From Polyangiaceae bacterium (lineage in GTDB: Bacteria > Myxococcota_A > Polyangia > Polyangiales > Polyangiaceae): 46,449 nt of DNA. The notes under the pieces are model-generated. The model searched no databases. It worked only from the letters and a program-made list of their open reading frames with translations, and was not told the origin of the DNA. Both the position numbers and the translations under genes were made by a program. This document shows, one piece after another, positions 1 through 8,450 of this stretch (positions are counted from its first letter, which is position 1; every line of letters begins with the position of its first letter). The stretch is taken from NCBI GenBank assembly GCA_035063585.1, contig JAPSGB010000036.1:1-46449 (forward strand), in the 5' to 3' direction.

Positions 1-1
1 C

Positions 2-1717
2 GCGGCACGCGCCGCCGCCAGCGCCGCCGCCGCCGGGTTCCCCGAGCTCGCCGCGCGCGCGCGGCTCGCCGCCGGTGACGCGCCGGGCGCGGCCCGCGAC
101 TTCGAGGCGGCGCGAGCCTGGCTCGAGGCGGCGCGCGCCTACCAGGGAGCGGGCGAGCCGCGCGCGGCCGCGCGCTGTCTCGAGGCCGCCATCGCAGACG
201 GCGTCTCGGTGGACGCGGCGCGGCTCGCGCTCGGGGCGCTCCTCGCGCGAAACGGCCGCGACGAGGCCGCGGTGCAGGCGCTCCAGCGGGTCGCGACCAC
301 GGCGCCCGAGCGCGCGGCAGCGCTCGGGCTCTTGCGCGAGCTCTTCGAGCGGCTCGGGCTGGGCGGCGCGCGGGTCGAGGTGGATCGCGAGCTCCGCGAG
401 CGCGGCGTCGCGGCGAGCGAGGCGGCGGCGCTCGCGGCTCGCGCGAGCTCCGCGGAGCCGCGCGGCTCCGCGCCGGGCCGGCCCGACGCTCCTCCGAGGG
501 AGCGCTGGTTCGGGCGCTACGAGGTCGTGCGCGAGGTCGCGGTCACGCCCACCGCTCGCGTGCTCGAGGCGCTCGACACGCTCACCGGCGCGCGGGTCGC
601 GCTGAAGCTCTTCGCCGGCTCGAGCGGCGGCGACGCCGGTCGCGACGCGCTCGTCAAGTTCGCGCGTGAGGCGGAGATCCTCGGTCGGCTCCGGCACCCC
701 GCGATCGTCGCGCTCGAGGGGTTCTACCCGGAGGGTCCGGCGGTGGTGCTCGCGTGGATGGCCGGCGGCTCGCTCGCCGAGCTGCTCGAGCGCGGGCCGC
801 TCGCGCCCGCGCGCGCGGCCGAGATCACGAGCGCGGTGCTCGCGGCGCTCACCGAGGCGCATCGCCGCGGGATCCTGCACCGCGACTTGAAGCCGGCGAA
901 CGTGCTGTTCGACGAGGCGGGAGGCCCCCACCTGGCGGATTTCGGCACCGCGCACCTGAGCGATCTCGCCGCCACCGTGACCGCGGGCATCATCGGTACG
1001 CTCGCCTACATGGCGCCCGAGCAGCGCGCGGGCGCGCCCGCCACGGTGGCGAGCGATCTCTACGGGGCAGGCGCGCTCTTCTGGCACGCCCTCACCGGCG
1101 GGCCGCCCTCGGCCGAGCTTCCGTTCCTGTCGAGCGAGCTCGAGGACTCACACCGGGCGCTCGCGCGGCGCCTGATTGGCCCGCCCGAGGAGCGCCCGGA
1201 CGGCGCCGAGGCCGCGCGCGCGCTCATCGCCGCGGTGCCCTGGCCCGCGCGCGTGCCCGCGGCGCGGCCCGCGCCGGTGCACGACGCCCGCGAGACGCCG
1301 CTCGCGCCTGCCGCCCAGACCGCGCGCCTCGTGCCGCTCGGCGGCGCGCGCCACCGCGACACGCTGCTCGGACGCGAGCTCTACGTGCTCCCCGCCGACC
1401 CGGCGACCTGCGCGCGCGCGCGGGCGTTCGCGCGCGCCGATCACCCGGCGCTCGCCGCGGTGCTCGCGATGCGCGAGCGCGAGCACACCCTGTGGATCGA
1501 CGCGCCCTCCACGCGGAGCGAGGGCGCGCTCGGCGACGCGGAGCGCGCGCGGCTCCGTGACGCGCTCGAGGCGCTCCACCGCGCCGGCGGCGTGCACGGC
1601 CGGGTGCGCTCGGATCACGTCGCGCGACAGGGCGGCGCGCCCGTGCTCCTCTTTCCGCTCGCGCCGCTCGACGCTACCCCCGAAGACGATCTCTCCCAAC
1701 TCGCGCGGCTCCCATGA
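2..1717 (+). CDS. Ser/Thr (Hanks-type) protein kinase with N-terminal TPR-like helices and C-terminal degenerate kinase domain; 5'-partial
   Basis: Frame is open from base 2, upstream of the track start at 209. Motifs VALK, HRDLKPAN, DFG, YMAPE are present; Ala-rich helical repeats lie N-terminal. Confidence 0.9.
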   Translation, partial: AARAAASAAAAGFPELAARARLAAGDAPGAARDFEAARAWLEAARAYQGAGEPRAAARCLEAAIADGVSVDAARLALGALLARNGRDEAAVQALQRVATTAPERAAALGLLRELFERLGLGGARVEVDRELRERGVAASEAAALAARASSAEPRGSAPGRPDAPPRERWFGRYEVVREVAVTPTARVLEALDTLTGARVALKLFAGSSGGDAGRDALVKFAREAEILGRLRHPAIVALEGFYPEGPAVVLAWMAGGSLAELLERGPLAPARAAEITSAVLAALTEAHRRGILHRDLKPANVLFDEAGGPHLADFGTAHLSDLAATVTAGIIGTLAYMAPEQRAGAPATVASDLYGAGALFWHALTGGPPSAELPFLSSELEDSHRALARRLIGPPEERPDGAEAARALIAAVPWPARVPAARPAPVHDARETPLAPAAQTARLVPLGGARHRDTLLGRELYVLPADPATCARARAFARADHPALAAVLAMREREHTLWIDAPSTRSEGALGDAERARLRDALEALHRAGGVHGRVRSDHVARQGGAPVLLFPLAPLDATPEDDLSQLARLP

Positions 1718-2871
1718 CCGACCCTCACCACGTCTACTTCGTCCCCGGCATGTTTGGCTTCGGGCGGCTCGCCGGGTACGATTACTTCGTACACCTTCGC
1801 CGCGAGCTCGACCGGCGCTTCGCCGACGCCGGGATCCCGATGATCTCCGGCCTGGTGCCGACCCCGCCGACCTCGTCGCTCCGCTTCCGCGCGGGCGTCC
1901 TCGCCAAGATGGTGAGCCGGAGCGCGGACGGCAAGGGCCCCGTCCACCTCATCGGGCACTCGACGGGCGGGCTCGATGTCCGGCTGGTGCTCTCGCCGAG
2001 CACGAGCCTGCGCGTCGAGCCGGACTCCTTCGGCTGGCGGCGCCGGGTGTGCTCGGCCGTCTCGCTCAACACGCCCCACTACGGCACGCCGCTCGCGAGC
2101 TACTTCGCCTCGGTCGCCGGCACGCGCGTGCTCTACGCGCTCTCGCTGCTCACGGTGGTGTCGCTCTCGGTCGGCGAGCCGTCGCTCGCCGTGCTCTCCA
2201 AGCTGCTCTCGGGGCTCGGCGGCGTCGATCAGCTGCTCGGCGGCAACCTCCGCCTCATCTCGCGCGCGACCGAGCTCGTGCTCCGCTTCGTCGACGAGGA
2301 GGGGCGCGGTGAGATCAGCGAGTTTCTCTCGAAGATCCAGATCGATCAGGGAGCGGTCATCCAGATCATGCCCGAGGCGATGGATCTCTTCAACGCCTCG
2401 ACCGAAGACGACCCGCGCGTCCGCTACGGCGCCATCGCGACCGCGGCGCCGGTGCCGCGCGCGCTCCGCTTCGCCAAGCGCGTGCGCTCGCCCTACTCGG
2501 CGCTCACCGCCGCGATGTTCGCCACCCTGCACCGACTGACCGCCCAGCGCCCGAAGCCGTATCCTTACGCCGAGCCGAGCGCCGAGGTCGCCGCGGAGCT
2601 CGCGCGCGCGACGGGCGTCCCGGTCGACGACGAGGCCAACGACGGCGTGGTGCCGACCCTCAGCATGCTGTGGGGCGAGCTGGTCTGGGCGGGCCAGGCC
2701 GATCACCTCGACGTCATCGGTCATTTTTCCGATGACGGGCCGCAGCCGCCCGGCGAGCCCGAGCACGTCGACTGGGTGATGAGCGGCGCCCGCTTCGACC
2801 GGCGCCGCTTCGGCTCGATGATGGACGCGCTCGCCGCGTTCCTCATGGAGAGCGCCGAGGAGCGCGGCTAG
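1714..2871 (+). CDS. Alpha/beta hydrolase, triacylglycerol lipase-like
   Basis: GHSTGG nucleophile elbow, TPHYGT, NDGVVP (Asp) and DHLDVIGH (His); ATGA overlap with the kinase stop. Confidence 0.88.
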   Translation: MTDPHHVYFVPGMFGFGRLAGYDYFVHLRRELDRRFADAGIPMISGLVPTPPTSSLRFRAGVLAKMVSRSADGKGPVHLIGHSTGGLDVRLVLSPSTSLRVEPDSFGWRRRVCSAVSLNTPHYGTPLASYFASVAGTRVLYALSLLTVVSLSVGEPSLAVLSKLLSGLGGVDQLLGGNLRLISRATELVLRFVDEEGRGEISEFLSKIQIDQGAVIQIMPEAMDLFNASTEDDPRVRYGAIATAAPVPRALRFAKRVRSPYSALTAAMFATLHRLTAQRPKPYPYAEPSAEVAAELARATGVPVDDEANDGVVPTLSMLWGELVWAGQADHLDVIGHFSDDGPQPPGEPEHVDWVMSGARFDRRRFGSMMDALAAFLMESAEERG

Positions 2872-2884
2872 CCGCCCCCCGGCC

Positions 2885-3460
2885 TCAGCGCGGGAGCGAG
2901 CGAGCGCCGTTTCCGGCCGCGAGGAGCAGCGGCGACGCGCCGACCAGCGCCGACGACCCCGGCTCGCTCTTCGCGGGCGCCGGCGGCGGCGCGGGCGCCG
3001 TCGCGGAGGCGGGCGGCGCGCCGACGATGGGCAGCACGAGCGTGCGCGGCTTGCCGTCTCGGGTGAGGCTCACCTCGAGCGCCCGCGCGGTCTTGAGCGC
3101 CTGGAAGGCGTCGTAGGCCTGGGTCTCGCGCTCGATGGGCTGGCCGTTCACCTGGGTCACCACGTCACCCGGGCGGACGTCGACGCCGTCCCAAAACTCC
3201 GGCGGCCTCAGCGTGACGACGCGGAACCCCTCGAACTTTCCGCCGACGAGCACCGGCTCGAGCTCGACGTGCTGGAGGAAGCGCCCGAGCCCGGCGTCCA
3301 CCGCGGCGACCACCTCGGCGCGCGCGAGCTCGGTCACCGCGCGCGGCGTCGCCGGGGCCGGCTGGCTCGCCGCGCGCGGCGGCGACGCCGGCGCGGCCCC
3401 TCCGCACCCGTAGAGCGACGCGAGGAGGGCGGACAGGCAGAGGACGACTCGGGCTCGCAC
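2885..3460 (-). CDS. PDZ-domain lipoprotein (GspC-type PDZ)
   Basis: Signal with lipobox-like LYGC; GFRV...VRPGDVVTQVNG PDZ pattern. GTG start at 3460 preferred to 3496. Confidence 0.75.
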   Translation of the reverse strand: MRARVVLCLSALLASLYGCGGAAPASPPRAASQPAPATPRAVTELARAEVVAAVDAGLGRFLQHVELEPVLVGGKFEGFRVVTLRPPEFWDGVDVRPGDVVTQVNGQPIERETQAYDAFQALKTARALEVSLTRDGKPRTLVLPIVGAPPASATAPAPPPAPAKSEPGSSALVGASPLLLAAGNGARSLPR

Positions 3461-3511
3461 GGCGCGACTATCCGCCCGGCGCGCGCGACCGGCCAAGTTT
3501 GGGGTGGAGGT

Positions 3512-3537
3512 CGGTCCGGCGCGGCCGGCGGCGCGGC
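3512..3537 (+). repeat. Dispersed intergenic GC-rich repeat, copy 1 (others at 8356-8381, 25817-25835 and 30234-30252 on minus)
   Basis: CGGTCCGGCGCGGCCGGCG core; 26 nt identical between 3512 and 8356. Confidence 0.55.
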
Positions 3538-3569
3538 CGGCGGCGCGGCCGCCCGGCGCGTCGTCCGTT

Positions 3570-4283
3570 TTAGCGGACGACGCCGAGCACGACGCCGTCC
3601 GGACGCACCTCCACCGCCAGCGGGACGATGCTGACGCCGTAGCGCGCGGCGAGCTCGGGGCGCTCCGACACGTCGACGGCGACCACGCGATGCCCGTCCG
3701 CCTCGAGGCGCGGCCGGACGAGCTCGCACTCGTGGCAGAGCGGATGCGTGAAGAGCACCACGAGCTCTCGCGACGCCGAGACGCCGAGCTCGGCGAGGTC
3801 CACGCGGTCCATGGCGCCGCCCTTCACGCCGCGGAGGCGCGCGATGAGGCGGTACGCCTCGCAGCCGACGCAGAGCCCGGTGACGACCGCGAGCGAGGCG
3901 AGCGCGGCGACCGTGAGCCCGAGCGCCAGGCCCGCGCGCGGAAACCCCGCGGGGTACGCCAGGGTGGCCGCCGCGAGGAACACCGCGCCCACGATGTTGG
4001 CGAAGCGTGGCGCGCGCGAGTCCTCGAGCGGACCTTCGCCGAAGCGCGGCTGGATGAGCTCGAAGTAGATGCGGCAGGGCAGGCAGTACTTCCGCCCGAA
4101 GAGCAGGCCGGCCACGAGCTGCAGCGCGAGCAACCCGAAGAGCGGCCAGGCGCCGGTTGCCGCCGCCACGAGGGAGACGCTCGCGACCACGAGCTGGTTG
4201 AAGCGCGGCGCGCGCGCGTCGATGACGGAGGTGTCCGTCCAGGGATCCGCGCGGCGCGCGACCGAGAGCGATGCCGTCGACAT
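3570..4283 (-). CDS. DUF4395 membrane protein fused to a thioredoxin-like domain
   Basis: IDARAPRFNQ, EDSRAPRFA and GLCVGCEAY are DUF4395-type motifs; C-terminal CHEC (CxxC) and YGVSIVP cis-Pro motif. Confidence 0.8.
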   Translation of the reverse strand: MSTASLSVARRADPWTDTSVIDARAPRFNQLVVASVSLVAAATGAWPLFGLLALQLVAGLLFGRKYCLPCRIYFELIQPRFGEGPLEDSRAPRFANIVGAVFLAAATLAYPAGFPRAGLALGLTVAALASLAVVTGLCVGCEAYRLIARLRGVKGGAMDRVDLAELGVSASRELVVLFTHPLCHECELVRPRLEADGHRVVAVDVSERPELAARYGVSIVPLAVEVRPDGVVLGVVR

Positions 4284-4318
4284 GCGTCTGTTATAACAGA
4301 CGCATGTCCAATCGACAA
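4279..4318 (-). promoter_or_regulatory. Sigma70-type leaderless promoter overlapped by a perfect 30-bp palindrome (putative operator)
   Basis: Minus strand reads TTGTCG(4318-4313)-N17-TATAAC(4295-4290)-N6-ATG(4283). GACATGCGTCTGTTA|TAACAGACGCATGTC at 4279-4308 is perfectly self-complementary. Confidence 0.75.
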
Positions 4319-4337
4319 GATGGCGCGGCGCGGCGGC

Positions 4338-5789
4338 TCAGGCCGCCCGGCGGCGCCGCCGAGTCATGAGGAGCGCCCCGAGCGCCACGCCGAGCCATCC
4401 GGCTCCGTTGGCCGGCTCCGAACCGCTCGCGCGGCACGAGCACCCGCCGGGATCGCGCGCGAACACGTCGCCGGCGTCGGGCCCGCCATCCACGGCACCC
4501 GGCGAGCCACCGCTGCTGAGCCCGCCCGTGCCGCTCCCGGCCGTGCCGCCGGTGCCGTTGCCGCCGGCGCCGCTGCCAGCCGTGCCGCTGCCGGCCGTGC
4601 CGCCGGTGCCGCCGGTGCCGCTGCCGGCCGTGCCGCCGGTGCCGCTGCCGGCCGTGCCGCCGGTGCCGCTGCCGGCCGCGCCGCCGGCGCCGGCGCCGCC
4701 ATCCGGCGACGGCTCGCACGCTCCCTGTTGGCACGTGCCACCCGGGCAGACCTTGCCGTCGTTCTCCGGCTTGAAGACGCAACCTGCGCTCTGGTCACAG
4801 CCGTCGTAGGTGCACGGGTTGCCGTCGTCGCACTCGAGCTGGCTCCCAGCCTTGCAGCTCCCGTCCGAACAGCTGTCGCCTTGCGTGCAGGCATTTCCGT
4901 CGTCGCATCCGGTGTCAGAGAGGTTGCCGTGCGCGCAGCTGTCGCTAGCACACGTGTCTATCGTGCAAGGGTTGTCGTCGTTGCAGTCGAGCCCGCCGCT
5001 GGACGCCTTGCACACTCCACTGGTGCAATGACTGACTCCAGAGCAGACGCTTCCCACACCGCAGGAGGTTCCGTCATCGACCTGGACGAATGTGCATGCG
5101 CCGCTGGTACCGTCGCAATTGTCCTTCGTGCAGGGGTTGCCGTCGTCGCAGACGACCGGCGTCCCTTCGCAGCTTCCCGCGGCGGTGCAGGCGTCCGCTT
5201 TCGTGCACGCGTTGCCGTCGGTACACGACGCGCCGGTCGTCGGCGTGTGCTGGCAGGTGCCGCTGCCGTCGCATTTATCCGCCGTACACGGATTTCCGTC
5301 ATCGGTGCACGTCGCCCCTTTGGCAGCCGGGACATTGCTGCAGGTGCCCGTGCTCGTGCAGGTGTCGACGGTGCAAGGATTGGCATCGACGCAGCTCTTG
5401 CACGTGTCTCCGCCGACGCCGCAGGACGACGCCGCAGTCCCCGCAGAGCACCCCCCCTTGCTGTTCTCGCACCCCGCGCAGCAAATCGCGATGGTCTTAC
5501 CCTTCAGATCCTTGCCAAGCAGGCAGGTGCCGGAATCCGGATCCCCGCGGTCTGGCGTACAGCGCTCCCCGATCTGCTGCATGTTGATCTCGCAGTCGAG
5601 ACCACCGCTTGGGCAGTGATAGCACGGGTCGCACACCGTAAACTTGCCGCAGAGCGCCTGACTCACGCTTGCAGTAGGTGCCTCGTCCGCGACGGGCTCG
5701 CTCGCGGCGCAACCCGGGAGCATCGCGCCTCCCGCGGCGCCCAGGGCGACCAGTGGGAGCAACCAACGGAGGAGTCTCGGGTGGGGCAT
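4338..5789 (-). CDS. Cys-rich surface protein with CxDxNxCTxDxC repeats and MYXO-CTERM sorting signal
   Basis: Signal peptide ending LPGC; about 7 CDDGNPCTxDxC-type repeats; Gly/Thr linker; C-terminal GGCSCR, TM helix, RRRRR. Confidence 0.88.
   Translation of the reverse strand: MPHPRLLRWLLPLVALGAAGGAMLPGCAASEPVADEAPTASVSQALCGKFTVCDPCYHCPSGGLDCEINMQQIGERCTPDRGDPDSGTCLLGKDLKGKTIAICCAGCENSKGGCSAGTAASSCGVGGDTCKSCVDANPCTVDTCTSTGTCSNVPAAKGATCTDDGNPCTADKCDGSGTCQHTPTTGASCTDGNACTKADACTAAGSCEGTPVVCDDGNPCTKDNCDGTSGACTFVQVDDGTSCGVGSVCSGVSHCTSGVCKASSGGLDCNDDNPCTIDTCASDSCAHGNLSDTGCDDGNACTQGDSCSDGSCKAGSQLECDDGNPCTYDGCDQSAGCVFKPENDGKVCPGGTCQQGACEPSPDGGAGAGGAAGSGTGGTAGSGTGGTAGSGTGGTGGTAGSGTAGSGAGGNGTGGTAGSGTGGLSSGGSPGAVDGGPDAGDVFARDPGGCSCRASGSEPANGAGWLGVALGALLMTRRRRRAA
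4580..4680 (-). repeat. Imperfect 24-bp coding tandem repeat (GSGTGGTA linker)
   Basis: Recurring gccgctgccggccgtgccgccggt units inside the MYXO-CTERM gene; boundaries approximate. Confidence 0.75.
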
Positions 5790-5925
5790 GTTTGGCTTCT
5801 CCTATCGCATGAAGCAAGAGCTGGGAGGCGCTCGGCGCGACGCCGCGCCCCCCGGTAACGGAACCTTCTCGGAAACCTACCACGGTCGGGGCGCTCGGAA
5901 AAGCACGCGGCGCGCGCCCGGGCGC

Positions 5926-6543
5926 TCAGCGAGGTACGCGCGGCCCGAGACCGCGCGCGGCGGCGAGCACTCGCGCGAAGACCTCGTCCGCCCCCGGCGT
6001 GCCGTCCACGTGGGCGAGCCGGTCGCCGGGCACGAGCCGCTCGGCGTCGCGGTAGATCTCGACCAGCCGGCGCTGCAGCTCGTCGGCCTCGTAGAGCTCC
6101 GCGGCGCCGCCCCGCGCGGCGCGTCGCCGGCCGGCGAGCTCCGCCGAGACGTGCACGACGATCGTGAGATCGGGCCGGCGCGCGGGGCGGTTGAGCTCTC
6201 GGATCCACGGCACCGCCGCCGCCGGGTCGGGCGCCGTCGCTGATTGGTAGGCGAGGCTCGAGAGGTCGTAGCGATCGCTCACGACGTCTCGGCCGGCCGC
6301 GAGCGCGGGCTCGAGCTCGCGCGCGACGTGGTCGAGTCGGTCCGCGGCGAAGAGCAGCGCCATCGCGCCGGGGTCGAGGCGCGGCGCGCGCCCGGCCAGG
6401 AGCTCGCGGATGAATGCGCCCACCGGACCCGCGCTCGGCTCCGCCGTGAGGTGCGCGCCGAGCTCGGCGGCGAGCCGGCGCGCCTGGGTGCTCGAGCCCG
6501 CGCCGTCGATCCCCTCGACCACGATGAAGCGCCCGCGGCTCAT
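5926..6543 (-). CDS. tmk: Thymidylate kinase (dTMP kinase)
   Basis: [44 protein letters not shown]. True start is ATG 6543 overlapping the panC stop. Confidence 0.88.
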   Translation of the reverse strand: MSRGRFIVVEGIDGAGSSTQARRLAAELGAHLTAEPSAGPVGAFIRELLAGRAPRLDPGAMALLFAADRLDHVARELEPALAAGRDVVSDRYDLSSLAYQSATAPDPAAAVPWIRELNRPARRPDLTIVVHVSAELAGRRRAARGGAAELYEADELQRRLVEIYRDAERLVPGDRLAHVDGTPGADEVFARVLAAARGLGPRVPR

Positions 6544-7409
6544 CGGAGCGGCGCCTCGTCTTCGCCGAGCACCACGTTGTCGATGAGGCGGGTGCCGCCA
6601 GCGAAGGCCGCCACCGCGAGGAGCGCGCGGGGGCCGAGCGCGGCGTCCTCCGCGACCGGCACGAGCGCTTCGGGATCGGCGAGCGTGACGTAGTCGACGC
6701 GGAGCGCCTGGAGCGCGCCCTGCACCTCGCCGCGGAGCGCGCCCGCGCGCCGCTCCCCGCCCGCGAAGGCGCGCGCCGCCCTCGAGAGCGCGCGCGGGAT
6801 GGCGAGCGCGAGCGCGCGCTCCTCGGCGGACAAGTAGGCATTGCGGCTCGAGAGCGCGAGCCCGTCCGCCTCGCGCACGATGGGGTGCCCGGCGATCTCG
6901 ACCGGCAGCAGGAGATCGCGCGTCATCCGCTCGATGACCTTGAGCTGCTGGTAATCCTTCCGCCCGAACACCGCGACGCACGGCCCCGCGATCGCGAAGA
7001 GCTTGGCCACGATGGTCGCCACGCCCTCGAAGTGCCCGGGCCGCGACGCGCCGCAGAGGTGCTCGGTGAGCCCCGCGACCCGCACCCGCGTGCGCTCGCC
7101 GTCGGGGTACATCTCACGCGCGTCGGGCGCAAAGACGAGGCTCGCGCCGGCGCGCTCGCAGGTCGCGAGATCACCGGCGAGGTCGCGGGGGTACTTCGCG
7201 AGATCTTCGCCGGGGCCGAACTGGGTCGGGTTCACGAAGATGGTGACCGCGACCCGAGCGGCGCGCTCACGCGCGGCGGCGATGAGCGCCGCGTGCCCCG
7301 CGTGGAGCGCGCCCATGGTCGGGACCAGGCCGAGCCGCTCGCCGCCGCGACGCGCTTCGTCGCACGCCCCGCGGAAATCCGCGACGGACCGACAAACCCT
7401 GAGCGTCAC
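6540..7409 (-). CDS. panC: Pantoate--beta-alanine ligase
   Basis: [48 protein letters not shown]. Confidence 0.97.
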   Translation of the reverse strand: MTLRVCRSVADFRGACDEARRGGERLGLVPTMGALHAGHAALIAAARERAARVAVTIFVNPTQFGPGEDLAKYPRDLAGDLATCERAGASLVFAPDAREMYPDGERTRVRVAGLTEHLCGASRPGHFEGVATIVAKLFAIAGPCVAVFGRKDYQQLKVIERMTRDLLLPVEIAGHPIVREADGLALSSRNAYLSAEERALALAIPRALSRAARAFAGGERRAGALRGEVQGALQALRVDYVTLADPEALVPVAEDAALGPRALLAVAAFAGGTRLIDNVVLGEDEAPLR

Positions 7410-8305
7410 CGGTCTCGGTCGTCGGCGGGGCCGTAGCCCGTCGACGCGGCTTCGAGCGGCTGCTGGCCGCTCGGCTCCCCGGTCGCTCGCGATTTGCCCA
7501 TGCCGAAGCTGTGCGCCGCGTCCGGGAAGCTCCCGGCGCGGACCTCGCGGACGTACGCCTCGGTCGCCGCCACCACCTGCTCGCCGAGCTCCGCGAAGCG
7601 CTTGACGAACTTCGGGGTGAAGTCGCGGAACATGCCGAGGAAATCATAGCAGACGAGCACCTGGCCGTCGCAGTCCGGGCCGGCGCCGATGCCGATGGTC
7701 GGGATCTCGATGCTCTCGGTGATGCGCCGCCCGAGATCGGCCGGCAGCCCCTCGAGCACGAGCGCGTAGGCGCCCGCCTGCTCCACCGCCTTGGCGTCGG
7801 CGAGCACGCGGGAGGCGGCGTCTTCGCTCTTGCCCTGCACGCGAAAGCCGCCCATCGCGTGCACCGACTGCGGCGTGAGCCCGACGTGGCCCATCACCGG
7901 GATGCCCGCCTCGACGATGCGGCGGACGTGCTCCGCCACCGACTCGCCGCCCTCGAGCTTCACCGACTCGAAGCCGCCCTCCTTCATCATCTTACCGGCC
8001 GCCTCGAGCGCGCGCTCGCTCGACACCTGGAAGCTCATGAAGGGCATGTCCCCGACCACGTGCGCGCGCCGAGCGGCGCGCGCGACGGCTCGTCCGTGAT
8101 AACAGATTTCGTCCACCGTCACCGGCAGCGTGGTCGAGAGCCCCTGCACCACCATCCCGAGCGAGTCGCCCACCAAGAGGACGTCCGCGCCGCCGTCGTC
8201 GAGCAGCCGCGCCATGGTCGAGTCGTAGGCGGTCAGCATGCAGATGCGCGGCCCGCCGCGCTTGCGCGCGCGGAGCGCCGGGACGGTGACCTTCTCGCTC
8301 GCCAT
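7406..8305 (-). CDS. panB: 3-methyl-2-oxobutanoate hydroxymethyltransferase
   Basis: [44 protein letters not shown]. Confidence 0.97.
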   Translation of the reverse strand: MASEKVTVPALRARKRGGPRICMLTAYDSTMARLLDDGGADVLLVGDSLGMVVQGLSTTLPVTVDEICYHGRAVARAARRAHVVGDMPFMSFQVSSERALEAAGKMMKEGGFESVKLEGGESVAEHVRRIVEAGIPVMGHVGLTPQSVHAMGGFRVQGKSEDAASRVLADAKAVEQAGAYALVLEGLPADLGRRITESIEIPTIGIGAGPDCDGQVLVCYDFLGMFRDFTPKFVKRFAELGEQVVAATEAYVREVRAGSFPDAAHSFGMGKSRATGEPSGQQPLEAASTGYGPADDRDR

Positions 8306-8450
8306 GGGGGCGGGAGCCTAGATCAGCCGCGCCGGGTGTCGAAAGGAGTTTTGGCCGGTCCGGCGCGGCCGGCGGCGCGGCGCCGGGCGGGATCTTCGAC
8401 GGCGCTTGGACGTAAGACGGAGCGAGGCTACCTTTCCGCGAGAACCGCCG

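Noticed and set aside
3504..5858. 784-aa plus-strand ORF and other long antisense or frame-shifted ORFs (e.g. 9016-11598, 19560-22895, 22811-24721, 38572-40233)
   Set aside because: They are Arg/Ala/Gly-rich shadows of real genes caused by high GC3 and few stop codons; no recognisable motifs.
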